Shown piece after piece: positions 21,523 through 32,486 of a DNA stretch of 33,694 nt. Below the pieces are notes generated by a model. It was not told the DNA's origin. It did no database searches and worked only from the letters and a program-made list of their open reading frames with translations. The DNA is from Adineta ricciae. Taxonomy: Eukaryota. The stretch spans positions 48,964 to 82,657 of the forward strand of contig CAJNOJ010000319.1 in assembly GCA_905250025.1 (NCBI GenBank). The letters are read 5' to 3'. The position numbers and the translations under genes were made by a program. Each line of letters starts with the position of its first letter. Positions within the stretch are counted from its first letter, which is position 1.

Positions 21523-23190
21523 TCAATATAATTCACTTGTATTCAGAGAAGCATTTCCATTTGATCCACTTGCAACTAATATCGTTCCATCAAGTAAAAG
21601 TGATGCGGTATGAGAATGTCGTATCGTACTCATATTCGATAGTATTGTCCAATTATTTGTTGATGGATCGTATAATTCAGCACTGTTGAGATAAACATTA
21701 TTTTTACTTTGTCCACCTGTTACTAAAATTGTTCCATTCAATAAAACAGTCGCTGTATGAAAGTATCGCGCAGTTGTCATACTCGATGTTGTTATCCAAC
21801 TATTTGTTGAAGGATTATATAATTCAGCACTGTTCAAAGAACTACTGCTACCGTAACCGCCTGTAACTAACACTTTTCCATTCTGTAGGAGAGATGCGGT
21901 ATGAGAATATCGTGCAACAGTCATGTTCGCCACTGTTGTCCAATTTCCCGTAGATGAATTATATAATTCAGCACTATACAGAGGTGCATTATTACTATAT
22001 CCACCTGCAACTAAGACTGTTCCGTTCAGTAAAACTGATGCAGAATGTCTGAATCTTGCAGCATTCATATTTCCTGTAGTTGACCAAGTGTTTATTGATG
22101 GATCATACAATTCAGCACTGTTCACATAACCACTATTAGCAGAACCACCTGCAACTAACACTTTTCCGTTTTGTAAGAGAGATGCTGTGTGATAATATCG
22201 TGTGATGCTCATATTTCTGGTTGTTGTCCAATTACCTGTAGATAGATTGAATAATTCTACGCTATTCAGAGAAGTAACACTATTTTGTCCACCTGTTACC
22301 ATTACTATCCCAGATAATAAGAGAGACGAAGTGTGATAAGATCGAGTAGTTCTCATGTTCCCTGTTATTGACCATGTATTAGTAGATGGATCATACAGTT
22401 CAGCACTGTTAAGAAAAGCGCTATCACTCTGTCCACCTACAACTAATACTGATCCGTTCGATAAAACTGATGCAGTATGTTTGTTTCGGGCAATATTCAA
22501 ATTTTTCATCGTTGTCCATCCTAAAGAACCAAAAAGTAAAAATCAGGTAAATTTACTCAATTAAAACTGTCAAATGTCGAAAGATAAATCGAAGTATTTC
22601 AATTGCTAGAAGATATTTTTCATTTATAAGAGAGTTCGTTATGCATCGATAACTATATAACATCAACATACTATTTATCTATTTTCTGAGGATTTTTCAA
22701 AAAAAAACGAACGACAAGTAATGAAAGAATTATTTCAATTTTGCCTTACCTTTCGGTGACGCAGTTGTTGTGGATGTTGATTCTATAATTTCAGAGAATA
22801 TCATAGAGAAAAACGAAGATTTCTTTGCTGTTATTTTGCTTTCTCGAAGTCTCGTCAAAATTCACTAAACTTACCATGTGTTATTATTGTTATAACGATC
22901 GATGTTCGATTAAGAAATACCATTGTAACATTCGAATAGGATTCAATTGTCAATGAATTATTATTTAAATTGAACAATTGGCACGTTTCATTTGAATGAA
23001 AATAATTGATAAGAGATACTGAATTGTTATTTAAATTGATCATTTGACAAATACATTCATCAAGTGTTCTATTGAAAAAGATCCGCGTTTCAGTACCAAT
23101 ATATGTGTAATCATATACTGTCCCAATGGCGATCGTATGAATTGTAGGTATGTAGAACAGAATCAGACTAAGAAAAATCACGTCTGTCAT
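21523..23190 (-). CDS. Secreted Kelch-repeat beta-propeller protein, 3 exons (22875..23190, 22750..22782, 21523..22520)
   Basis: Exon 1 holds a signal peptide (MTDVIFLSLILFYIPTIHTIAIG) plus a Cys/N-glycan-rich module, donor CATG|GTAAGT. A 33-nt Thr-rich exon (ESTSTTTASPK) follows. The last exon holds about 7 Kelch blades with the motif R-x-x-HTASLL-x-NG-x-VLV-x-GG...LNSAELY-x-PST-x-W. Phases are 1-1 and consistent. Confidence 0.7.
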
Positions 23191-23961
23191 TTTACGAGTG
23201 TTTCTGGAGGAAATTTCAACTGATTTATATAGGAGATTTTTTTCCTATGCAACAGTCTCATCTAATTATTTTCAAGTTAGGAGAGAGAAAGTCAGACAAA
23301 AGAAAACAAGGACATCAGCATCTTTTGATGAGTTATTGTCAGACAAAAATGCTATGAACTTATATTGTTACACATGAAATGCAATTGTCTTTGTCTACCG
23401 TCATTGTGATTAACGAATATTTGTTTATAGAATTTTTACCAAACGCGTTACAGAACCTCGATATTCATAATTTTCATGCGATTGAGTGCATATAATTAAT
23501 ACAATGCAAGCCTTTCCTTGATGAGAGTGCAAATGTTGGAAGAAAAGAAAAGAAAAGAAAACGTTGACATCAATAAGAAATATAATTTATCAAAAAGAAG
23601 CAATTGATATCTTGTTCGATTTGAGAATTAAGTTTTTTCTAAAAGACTTTTATTAGCACCAACAGAGAAATATTTGTTTAGTTTTTTTTCTCCATTGTAA
23701 TAATCAAAGTCCACGTTATGAAACCAAAGATAAAGAAGAAAATAATGCATTATCAGAACAATTGATAAGAAACAAATGAGTAACTTTACTTATTTTACCT
23801 CGTCATTTTGAAAATAGAAGATCAGAAATGAAAACACATTCATCTTCAATAAATAGTTTGAATAAAAACGGAATTCCAGTAAATTAATAAGAAATCTTCT
23901 GTTAAACTGAACTTTTCTCTTTTTTTTTTCAAAGATAAGTGTTATATCATCAGGATCACCT

Positions 23962-25898
23962 ATGAATGTCAATGATGAAACATCTGTTAATGATGTTCAA
24001 TTCAATCAAAATTCCTCTCAGGTAAGAATCTTTTATTTTGTTTTCCTTATGACAAGTGAGTTTTCGTTTAGAGAAGCTTTCTTAAGAAATTAATTCCAAA
24101 TTTTTTGCGAAAAAATTCGTCATCTGACGATGCTGACAATCCATATGCAAATGAATATGCTGATACTCAAGTTTTAGTTCAAGGAGAAAAAGTTGATTTA
24201 CATCGAAATTTACAAGAACGACATATGATCATGATTGCATTAGGTGGAACCATTGGAACGGGATTATTTTTAGCGTCTGGACAAGCTTTAGCATCGGCTG
24301 GACCTGGTGGCTCTTTAGTATCTTATTTAATCATTTCTGTTATGGTTTATTTCGTTATGACAAGTTTAGGTAAAATTATTTGATATCTTAGATGAAAAAG
24401 ACTTTTATGGTTTTTTTTAAAGCTGAATTAGCAACACAATATCCGATAAGTGGTTCCTTCAATACATTTGGAAGTCGATTTGTTGATGAAGCTTTTGGAT
24501 TTGCATTAGCATACAATTATTATTTTTCTTGGGTAACAACGATCGCAGGTGAATTAGTTGCTGCTGGTCTCATTGTTCAATATTGGTTGCCACACTTTCC
24601 CTCAATTGTTTGGTCAATCCTGGGAATGTTAGTTATGTTTTTATTAAATGCATTTACAGTGAAAGGTTATGGTGAAGCTGAATATTGGTTTGCAATGATT
24701 AAGGTCATAACTGTACTCGTATTTCTACTTGTTGGTGTTCTTGTTGATTCGGGTGCTATTGGAAAACCAAGAGAAACAATTGGTTTTAAGAATTGGAAAA
24801 TTGAAGGTGCACCTTTTGTTGGAGGAGTTGCTGGTGTTATTACAACATCGATTATATCTGGTTTTGCTTTTCAAGTACGAAGAATTTCGTTTTTTTCTCG
24901 AATATAATCTCTCAGCGAATATATAGGGAACAGAAGCAGTTGGAATTGCAGCTGGTGAAAGTTCCAATCCAAAAAAAGATGTTCCACGTGCAATGAATGG
25001 AACAATTTGGCGTATTATTTTATTTTTTGTTGGTGCTATTTTTATTATGGGTTTAATTATTCCATATAATGATAAAAAACTAAGTCAAATTAATGGTGTT
25101 GATAGTATCGCTGTTTCCCCATTTACATTAGTATTTAGTCTATCGGGTATTCCAGGAGCTGATCATATTATGAATGTTGTTATTTTAACAACAATCTTAT
25201 CAGCTGGTAATTCAGGTCTTTATTTATGTACAAGAATATTTTGGACTTTAGCAAATGAAGGCAAAGCACCGAAAATCTTTCGTCGTTTAACAAAAGGTGG
25301 AATACCAATTTATTGTTTAATTTTAACAACTGTTTTAGCAACTTCTTTGTTTGGTTTATCATTTGTTGGAAATCAAGTTATTTATATTTGGTTAGTTAAT
25401 ATGACGAGTGTTATGGGTTTCATTGCTTGGTTTGGAATCGCTATTGCACATTGGAGATTTCGTCGAGCGTTTCTCGCACAAGGTTATTCATTGAATGATT
25501 TGGTTTATAAAGCGTTATTCTTTCCTGTTGGACCATTTTTAGCATCGCTACTTATTTTACTTTGTGTTTTTGGACAAGGTTATTCAGCATTTACACAAAA
25601 AACCTTCAATTGTACTCAGTTACATGAAGAAGAAACCTATCTTTTTGAATTCAATAATCAATATTTAATCGATAGCGGAAATTCAACGACGTGTACAAAA
25701 ACAGTCTTTAATGTTCAAACATTTTTATCTGGTTATGTGATCTTACCAATCCTTGTTATTATGTTTTTCGTTTATAAATATGTTAAGAAAACGAAATTTA
25801 TTCCACTTAAAGATATTGATTTACTTACTGATAGTGTTATGGAACGTGATCGTTTGAAACGAGAAAGAATACAACAATTACAACAAACAGACGCTTAA
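23962..25898 (+). CDS. Amino-acid permease of the fungal/bacterial AAT (GAP1/LysP-like, PF00324) type, 4 exons (23962..24021, about 24072..24369, 24423..24874, 24927..25898)
   Basis: Signature ERHMIMIALGGTIGTGLFLASGQAL. Other conserved blocks are ELATQYPISGSFNTFGSRFVD, FAFQ|GTEAVGIAAGESSNPKKDVPRAMNGTIWRIILFFVG and NAGNSGLYLCTRIFWTLANEGKAPKIF. There are 12 predicted TM segments. Short introns have GTAAGA, GTAAAA and GTACGA donors. Confidence 0.8.
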
Positions 25899-26019
25899 TT
25901 TTATCTTCTACTTCAATTTCTCTTTTTTCTTCGATAGATTTTCAATAAAAATCTAAACTAATTATTTAAGTTTTGTGTGTCAATATTCTTTCTTTCATCA
26001 AGTATCATTTAAATGACAC

Positions 26020-27975
26020 AGTTGACACAAACATCTTGTGATTTGTCTTCTTCTTCATTTTGTGTTAATCTATGAAATCCTTTGTATCGATAGTTCCAAT
26101 TACTAAACATCAAATTATTTCAATTATTAATATTATTCAAATCAAACATAGTTTACCTATGAACAGCCACATGATACACAATCCAAGAAGCCAAAATCGA
26201 TAAAAATATAATCAAACATATGATGAGAAAAAAATATAGTTTTGTTATGTTAATTGTAATCGCCTGAAGATGTTTCAAATCAGTTAATAAGGATCGAATT
26301 GTAGACCAGCTTTCAACATCTGTATATGTATCTCCTTAGAAATAATAAATAAAACAAATTCAATATTTGAATAAACTAAACGTAAATTTATTTATGAATT
26401 ACTAGTAGATGATTCTATTGTAGATTTCATATGTATGTCATTATTCTTTTGTATTTGCTCAATAGTATATGGTTGGTCTGGAATAATGACACTATCAGAT
26501 GGAATTAGTCTATATATATCAAAAGTAGATATTGTATGAATATATAAAAATCAATTTTTACCTCGTTATATTACCAGGATATTCTCCCCAACAAAATTCA
26601 ATCAAAGGATTAAATCTTTCCCATTTATTATTATTTAGTACAGCTGGCTCATATGAATACATTGCATATATATTACACATTTCATCATCATGTCTTTGTC
26701 TAGTTCACGGAAATAAAATTTATTCTATTGTATATAAAACTATTCGATCTTACCCGATGTTAATAATTCTATCATCATTGTTATCATAAACACATTGACC
26801 AATAATAAAATCACCCTTTTCAATCTGTATAAGTGATGAAAGTGGATAAAATGATTGAGGCCATTGTGGATTACTTTTACCAATCTGTAAAATAGTTTTA
26901 TTTCGTACTCGATATATTGAAGATACCCTTCCTATGACAATAAATAGTTTCAATGATCTTCCATAAATATATACAAAAAATTCGAACCCCATTGATGTGT
27001 ATGATAGTGGAGAGCAAATATGGATATTGCAGGTCCAAGATAACGACATGAAAAGGGTGTTCGAATATCTAGAAGATTCAATTTGAGTGGGATAAAAGAT
27101 ACGTTAAAACCTTGTTCGAGTACCTTGTGTTCTCGGTGGTAAAGTGATATTTGATGTACCAGCTAAAAACATTCCTGCATGATACTTTCGCCTATAAGAT
27201 AAAAATAAAATCTTATTTAAAAAAGGATGGTACAGGTATTTGAAATTATTTATTACATCTTTCGAGTAAAAAGAATTTGGATACCAGAATTATCATTGGT
27301 AATAATTGGCAAATAATGAATATTCATTACAAGATATTTGTATGATGTATTATGACCAACAACAAAACCAGTATCTTAATAGAATAACATTGTGATTTTT
27401 CTTTCTTATTTAATGAAAAACACCTTTAGGTAATGCTAATGAAGATCCATTTCTTGACCAATCATAAATGATCATTTGTTTATTTCTACATGCTGTTCCA
27501 TCAAACCTATAAAAATAATTTTACTGTTTAATTTTTAAAGTCAAATTATTAAATAATACCAAATGGATTCATTAGATGTGGGAGTAACACAAGCCAACGT
27601 GAGTATATGATGAGCTGTATTCATATTAGCCAATGGTTTAAAATCAACTTCAGTTTTTAAAAGTAAATCATTTTCGCGATGAGTAAAATTTCAAACTTAC
27701 TAATCATCAATTTTTCATCAGGTAATTTATATTGGATATATACTTGTTGATCTCCCTAAAAATGTCAAGAATTATTTTTATGATCGTCGTTTTATAATCA
27801 TATTTACTTCTTTTGTTGTCACATTCTTCATAGTAAAATTAAAAGTGAAATTATCTTCATTATCATAAATATCTTGCGAATGAATGTATTTGATGTTAAT
27901 AAGAAGAAAAATTAAAATATTTTGAATAAGTAATATTTCTATATTCATTATTTTATGTAACACATTTCTTAACAT
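26020..27975 (-). CDS. Peptidylglycine alpha-hydroxylating monooxygenase (PHM/DBH-type copper type II ascorbate-dependent monooxygenase), multi-exon, with signal peptide and C-terminal TM anchor
   Basis: Exon 1 is at 27778..27975 (signal MNIEILLIQNILIFLLINIKYIHS). One exon encodes VDFKPLANMNTAHHILTLACVTP, the CuH-site HH..L..C signature. Another encodes FDGTACRNKQMIIYDW. Exon 26750..27049 encodes RNKTILQIGKSNPQWPQSFYPLSSLIQIEKGDFIIGQCVYDNNDDRIINIG, which matches the PHM C-domain block SPQLPQAFYP...CV. Downstream exons encode a TM segment LYFFLIICLIIFLSILASWIVYHVAV. The 3' end (26020 vs 26165) is uncertain. Confidence 0.7.
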
Positions 27976-28154
27976 CTAAAAATGTTAGAAACTAATACTT
28001 GTTAGTTTATTCTACTAAATAAGATGAGAAAAAAAACCCACAGATCACTTGTAAAAGCAGAAGAAACGCAGTTTTAAATGCATTAAATATTTTAAAGTCT
28101 GTTTAAACATTTGCTATCATTGTCAAGCTAGCAAATCGATTCTTCGTGCTAACT

Positions 28155-28940
28155 TCACGCTGGTGTTCGTGCTTGACAACAACAATAGAAGTTTGTATTA
28201 GAAGTGCAAATACCCTTATTACTGAGATCTATTGTGGAAGGTGGAGTTGGAAATCCTCGACGACGGCGACTCGCCATCGCCAAACTGGTCCCGGGAAAAG
28301 TCGTAACACAAGAGCCGTCGTTGCTAACAGGAACAGAGTTGATGACAGTGTCAAAACCACCTTTAGTACAATAGGTGACACAATTAGTTGAACTAGTGGC
28401 GCCGCCAGTTATAGTATAACCAACAGAACAAGTAACACCTGTTGGTTTAGATGTTGTTGTGGTTGTAGTAGTAGTAGTAGTTGTTGTTGTTGTCGTTGTG
28501 CTGGTAGTGGTAGTAGTTGTCGTTGTGCTGGTAGCGGTAGTAGTAGTAGTTGTTGTCGTTAGTGGTGTGATGACTGCATAAAAATATAATTAGTCTCATT
28601 TAATCTTAAGTCGACTAATTTGGGTATTAAACCTTGTCGAAATCCTAAGAGAGTGTAGGTGTATGCGATATTTATGACTTCTCACTTATGAATGTTTTTT
28701 TTATTTTGATAACTACATTTATGACTAGCTCATATCAGTTATTCTCAACAATTTTCAAAGAAAATCAATAATATTTTGGAGACGGGATGTGATTCATATT
28801 TTTCATGAAATGCATTTTTCAATCCGTGATATCTGTCGTATCATTCAGCGAACTAGTCTGCAACATACACATACAAACCTCTTCTAACTACGTATATCTT
28901 AGATAGGACACTCACCTTTTGTTGTAGATATTGTTTGCAT
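28155..28940 (-). CDS. Small Thr-rich (mucin-like) protein with Cys-containing C-terminal module, 2 exons (28916..28940, 28155..28573)
   Basis: Minus-strand translation: MQTISTTK|VITPLTTTTTTTTATSTTTTTTTSTTTTTTTTTTTTTTSKPTGVTCSVGYTITGGATSSTNCVTYCTKGGFDTVINSVPVSNDGSCVTTFPGTSLAMASRRRRGFPTPPSTIDLSNKGICTSNTNFYCCCQARTPA*. Donor AAAAG|GTGAGT, acceptor tttttatgcag. It sits in a locally GC-richer island. There is no obvious signal peptide in the short first exon, so the 5' end may be incomplete. Confidence 0.4.
28440..28562. repeat. Imperfect trinucleotide (GTN/ACN) microsatellite with an internal tandem duplication of about 30 nt; encodes the poly-Thr tract on the minus strand
   Basis: gtagtagtagtagtagttgttgttgttgtcgttgtgctggtagtggtagtagttgtcgttgtgctggtagcggtagtagtagtagttgttgtcgtt. 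The unit gtcgttgtgctggtagYggtagtag is repeated twice. Confidence 0.8.
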
Positions 28941-29102
28941 CGTTGTAGTTGTTGACACTAAAATAACTGTAAAAAAAACGAAGAAGGAATATTGCACACG
29001 GTTATAAACTTAGTCGTGAAAACAGCTATTCACAAAGATCTATATATAAATGTCATCAGAAAATAATTGAACGCGATCAATAAAAACAGGATGATATCTT
29101 TT

Positions 29103-30075
29103 TTATATGTCCTGTTTCAATCCGAGAGACAGACTATGTGAATAAACATGACGATAAATACCTGGTTGAATCTCATTAAACGAACAGAATGTGAGTCCGA
29201 TTGTAATTGTTGAACCATTAACCGTTGTCAGCAGTAGTTGTGTTTGTTCACGCAAGGCCGTTTCAACTCTTGCCAATGTTTCACGGAATGTCTTTTGACA
29301 ATTATTCGAGAGACATGTAGATTTAGGTTTCAATATAAATCTAATAAAGAGATAATCCCCTGATGTGCCCGGATCGATGGTACATTGTTGAGCTTTTGAT
29401 CTAGAAATAAAAAAATATATTCGATTTTAGAACAGTTACAAGTATGTACTCGATGTCTCGTCGTTTTTTGTACGTAGTTGTTGATACTGATGAAATGAAT
29501 ACAAATTTGGCTGTAGTAACAATAACATTTGGATATTGTGCTGTTAACTGTGAAATTAAAAAAAAAACCAAATGTAAAATTCTATTAATATGAAACAGTA
29601 TACTAGAGCAGCTAAACTGTCAGCATTGTCAGCTACTGCTGTATCAGTACTTTTAAAATTAGTTCCATAAGAGACATTTATCATATTGCTGACTAAAAAT
29701 AAAGAAATTAAGTTTAATACAAATTAATATGGAAAAAAGTGAGTTCGTACGCGGAGCATTGTTAGTAACAGTGAAATCACTTCTTGATATGTATGTTGGA
29801 ATTAAACTGAGCACAACAACAATTGCAGCTAAGCAAGGAATACACATTAAGCAACATAAAAAAACCAGTGGCGTTCGTTTCCTGTAAAAAAATGAAGATA
29901 TTTTCTTATAGAAGACATTGCATATTCTATTATTGATCAAGACATGAATCTGTGACTATAGTATGTTTCTTATTGGCAACTACGTAACAATAAACTGTAC
30001 TAGTCACTCGAAAAATGTGAATGTAAAATAATACTCATACCGTAACTTAATTGCTGTTCCATTATTCGTGTCCAT
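29103..30075 (-). CDS. Multi-exon gene for a predicted type II (N-in) single-pass membrane protein of unknown function
   Basis: Exon 1 encodes MDTNNGTAIKLR (ATG at 30073-30075 on the minus strand), donor GTATGA. Exon 2 encodes KRTPLVFLCCLMCIPCLAAIVVVLSLIPTYISRSDFTVTNNAPR (TM helix), donor GTACGA. Further exons end in ORF 29103..29333 (...CLSNNCQKTFRETLARVETALREQTQLLLTTVNGSTITIGLTFCSFNEIQPGIYRHVY...). No family was recognised. Confidence 0.35.
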
Positions 30076-30473
30076 TTGAAGAGTTGTCAGATGACACTTA
30101 CAGATAGTTAAAAATTCAATTATTTATCAAAACGATAAAGAAAATCTAAAAGAGATAAATTTCATTTAAGCTGGATAACAAAGAAGTGGCGCCCATACGT
30201 TGACCCTTTTCTGAAAGAGGTAGAAAAATAGTAGATAAAAATCTTCACTTTGATCTCAATCCAATCGGCTACGAACTGAAGTCTCTTTTATGCATATTCT
30301 TCCATTTTACCCCTTTCTACTTTATTCATGTCAAATTACTTCCAATTCATTTGCCCAAATACGTGTTTAAGCAAAATAAACACTGTTTCTACACATTTAT
30401 TCATCGACTTTCTTTTGACTAGTTAAAATAAAAAATTAATTTACTTCCACTTATTTTATCTCTTCTAAGTGAC

Positions 30474-30798
30474 CATATGATGCGTTATAGCGTTTACCAG
30501 GAAATTCTATATGTTTTCGGTATCAACTGATTTCCCGGAAATTGAATTTCTTGATCAGACAAACCGAACAGTCCAGATAGTTATAATGCTCATACAGGGT
30601 ATATAGGGCACAGACACTCACCCGGTACCCTCACTGAGAGAGATCCATACCGACACCCTCGCCCTCCAGATGCCCTGTATGAGCATTATAACTATCTGGA
30701 TTGTTCGGTTTGTCTGATCAAGAAATTCAATTTCCGGGAAATCAGTTGATATCGAAAACATATAGAATTTCCTGGTAAACGCTATAACGCATCATATG
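30474..30798. repeat. Perfect 126-bp inverted repeat (arms 30474..30599 and 30673..30798) around a 73-bp GC-rich spacer; hairpin/foldback element
   Basis: The left arm catatgatgcgttatagcgtttaccaggaaattctatatgttttcggtatcaactgatttcccggaaattgaatttcttgatcagacaaaccgaacagtccagatagttataatgctcatacaggg is the exact reverse complement of the right arm. Spacer: tatatagggcacagacactcacccggtaccctcactgagagagatccataccgacaccctcgccctccagatg. The termini are the palindrome CATATG. No clear target-site duplication was seen. Confidence 0.85.
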
Positions 30799-32115
30799 CT
30801 TCAGTTCAGCGTCTTGAGCAAGTGAGGGCCGAACTTGTCAATAAGTTATAAATGTTTTTCTGAAAATCGCTATCCTTGGTTTGAAAAAAGTTTCTTTAAT
30901 TCTGAAAAAAGTAACATCAGATTCGAAGTCTCCGCATCGAAATACCTCTGGAAATGTCTTTTCGGAAAAATCCATTTTCGATGTTTTTTGATCCTGTGGA
31001 CATACAAGCAAACAAACAATTTATGTTTCTAATACTCTTCTCTACGAGAAAGAGAATATAATACGATTTGTCGACGGTTGTTAAGGCAAATGAATAAGAC
31101 TCACTTTTTGGGTGCATAAAAAGGTAAATGGCCGGTATATCTACTACGTCTTTAATTACTTGCCCAGTAATACACGAAAATGTGAATAAATATTTTTGAT
31201 TTATAGAGTCGCAAATATTCTAGTTTTTGTATTTTTTCTTGTTTTTGTGAATGTTCGCTTATGCGGAGCTTTTGATGTCATTTTTTGTAGACGATTGCTT
31301 GTATCCGCTCTTATCAATCGTTGTACATAAAATAAAAAGTTGTTTTCACCAATAAGCTTACGCATCCTTCATTATATTTACAAAGAAAATGTAATAGGCG
31401 TCAAGCTGAGACACAGTTTCGTTTGAATGGCTTAACAACGCTCAAGCCAATATGATTCGGTCGGTTTCGGCCGGTTAGTTTCATTTTCCGACGATCGTTC
31501 TGGATCGATCAAAACGTACACAAAAGTTTCTTCGACAAACAGAAACAATAATAAACAAGAATTCTTTACGATTAATATTAAAATAATTTCATTAATATAT
31601 GAATATCAATAGAAATTGAAAATTTGAACCAGAGCAAGTAAATTCTTTTTAAGATTTATTTTGAGTATTTTTTTGTATAGTTCACTGTAAACCAGAGCTG
31701 AGCACATGACAGGACGGAAAATCTTGTCCTGTGCTCATCTCTGTTGTAAACACGATTGAATCTAGTAAAGTTGATGTTTACAATTCCAATATAATTCTAT
31801 AGGATTTTATCGACAAAAGACCAGTCATTGTATATGCTTTGAAAGGGTTTTTTACACATAATTTAACTCTTTGAGTCCCGCCAACGCATATATGCATCCA
31901 AATGCAATTATCTGACAAAGGTACTCCTGATATAGTTTTTAATTGTTTATAACGCCTCTCAATCGTTTTATTTGATGGTACGACTCTAGAGTAATCCCCA
32001 TTTCTTCCCTTTCTGCTTATTAATAATACATATTTATATTATATGTGCTTTTCTTCGTTCTGTATGATAGTACACACTATCTCTCATTCTAGCACATTCC
32101 AATACAGTCACTAAA

Positions 32116-32486
32116 ATGGTACAAGAAGCTATTTTTCCATGTTTTGCATATGGCACTATATATAGTGCATTTGTTATTCAAAAAATGCAGAACAATATTT
32201 CCTCTGATCTATGTGATTTTCGACTTGAAGTAATCAGACAAATTTTGACGAAGTATGGACCACAAAGATCGACTACGATTGGAAGACCATCAACAGGAGA
32301 TTCTTCTCTTCGTCTAAGTGATCGACATTTTCTTGCACTTTTTCCATAAACATCACAATCAAACCAACCTCGAAGAAAATGCGTCGCTTGTGCATCACAT
32401 AATATTCATAGTGATACACGATATATCAGGCCCGATTGCGATGTACCCCTGTGTATCGTTGATTGCTTCAGAGACTATCATAAAAA
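32116..32486 (+). pseudogene. 5'-truncated piggyBac-family transposase relic (C-terminal about 120 aa only) with an in-frame TAA
   Basis: Translation: ...EVIRQILTKYGPQRSTTIGRPSTGDSSLRLSDRHFLALFP*TSQSNQPRRKCVACASHNIHSDTRYIRPDCDVPLCIVDCFRDYHKK. The GRPS...RL..RHF block and the C-terminal Cys-rich CxxC...C..C...C...H module are typical of piggyBac transposases. A stop (TAA 32347-32349) interrupts the frame. The catalytic core is absent upstream, and no ORF was found in 31120-32115. Confidence 0.7.

Noticed and set aside
21923-22564. Plus-strand ORFs 21923..22129 and 22355..22564 (68-69 aa)
   Set aside because: They are antisense to the Kelch-repeat exon. Their repetitiveness reflects the Kelch blade repeats on the opposite strand.
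24725-24967. Minus-strand 80-aa ORF and plus-strand 65-aa ORF overlapping the permease gene
   Set aside because: They are antisense to, or out of frame with, a well-supported permease exon, and they have no features of their own.
28440-28562. Regularly spaced short repeats that could be mistaken for a CRISPR-like array
   Set aside because: It is a codon-level trinucleotide microsatellite (ACN Thr codons on the minus strand) inside a eukaryotic coding exon. It has no spacer/repeat architecture, and the window is eukaryotic.
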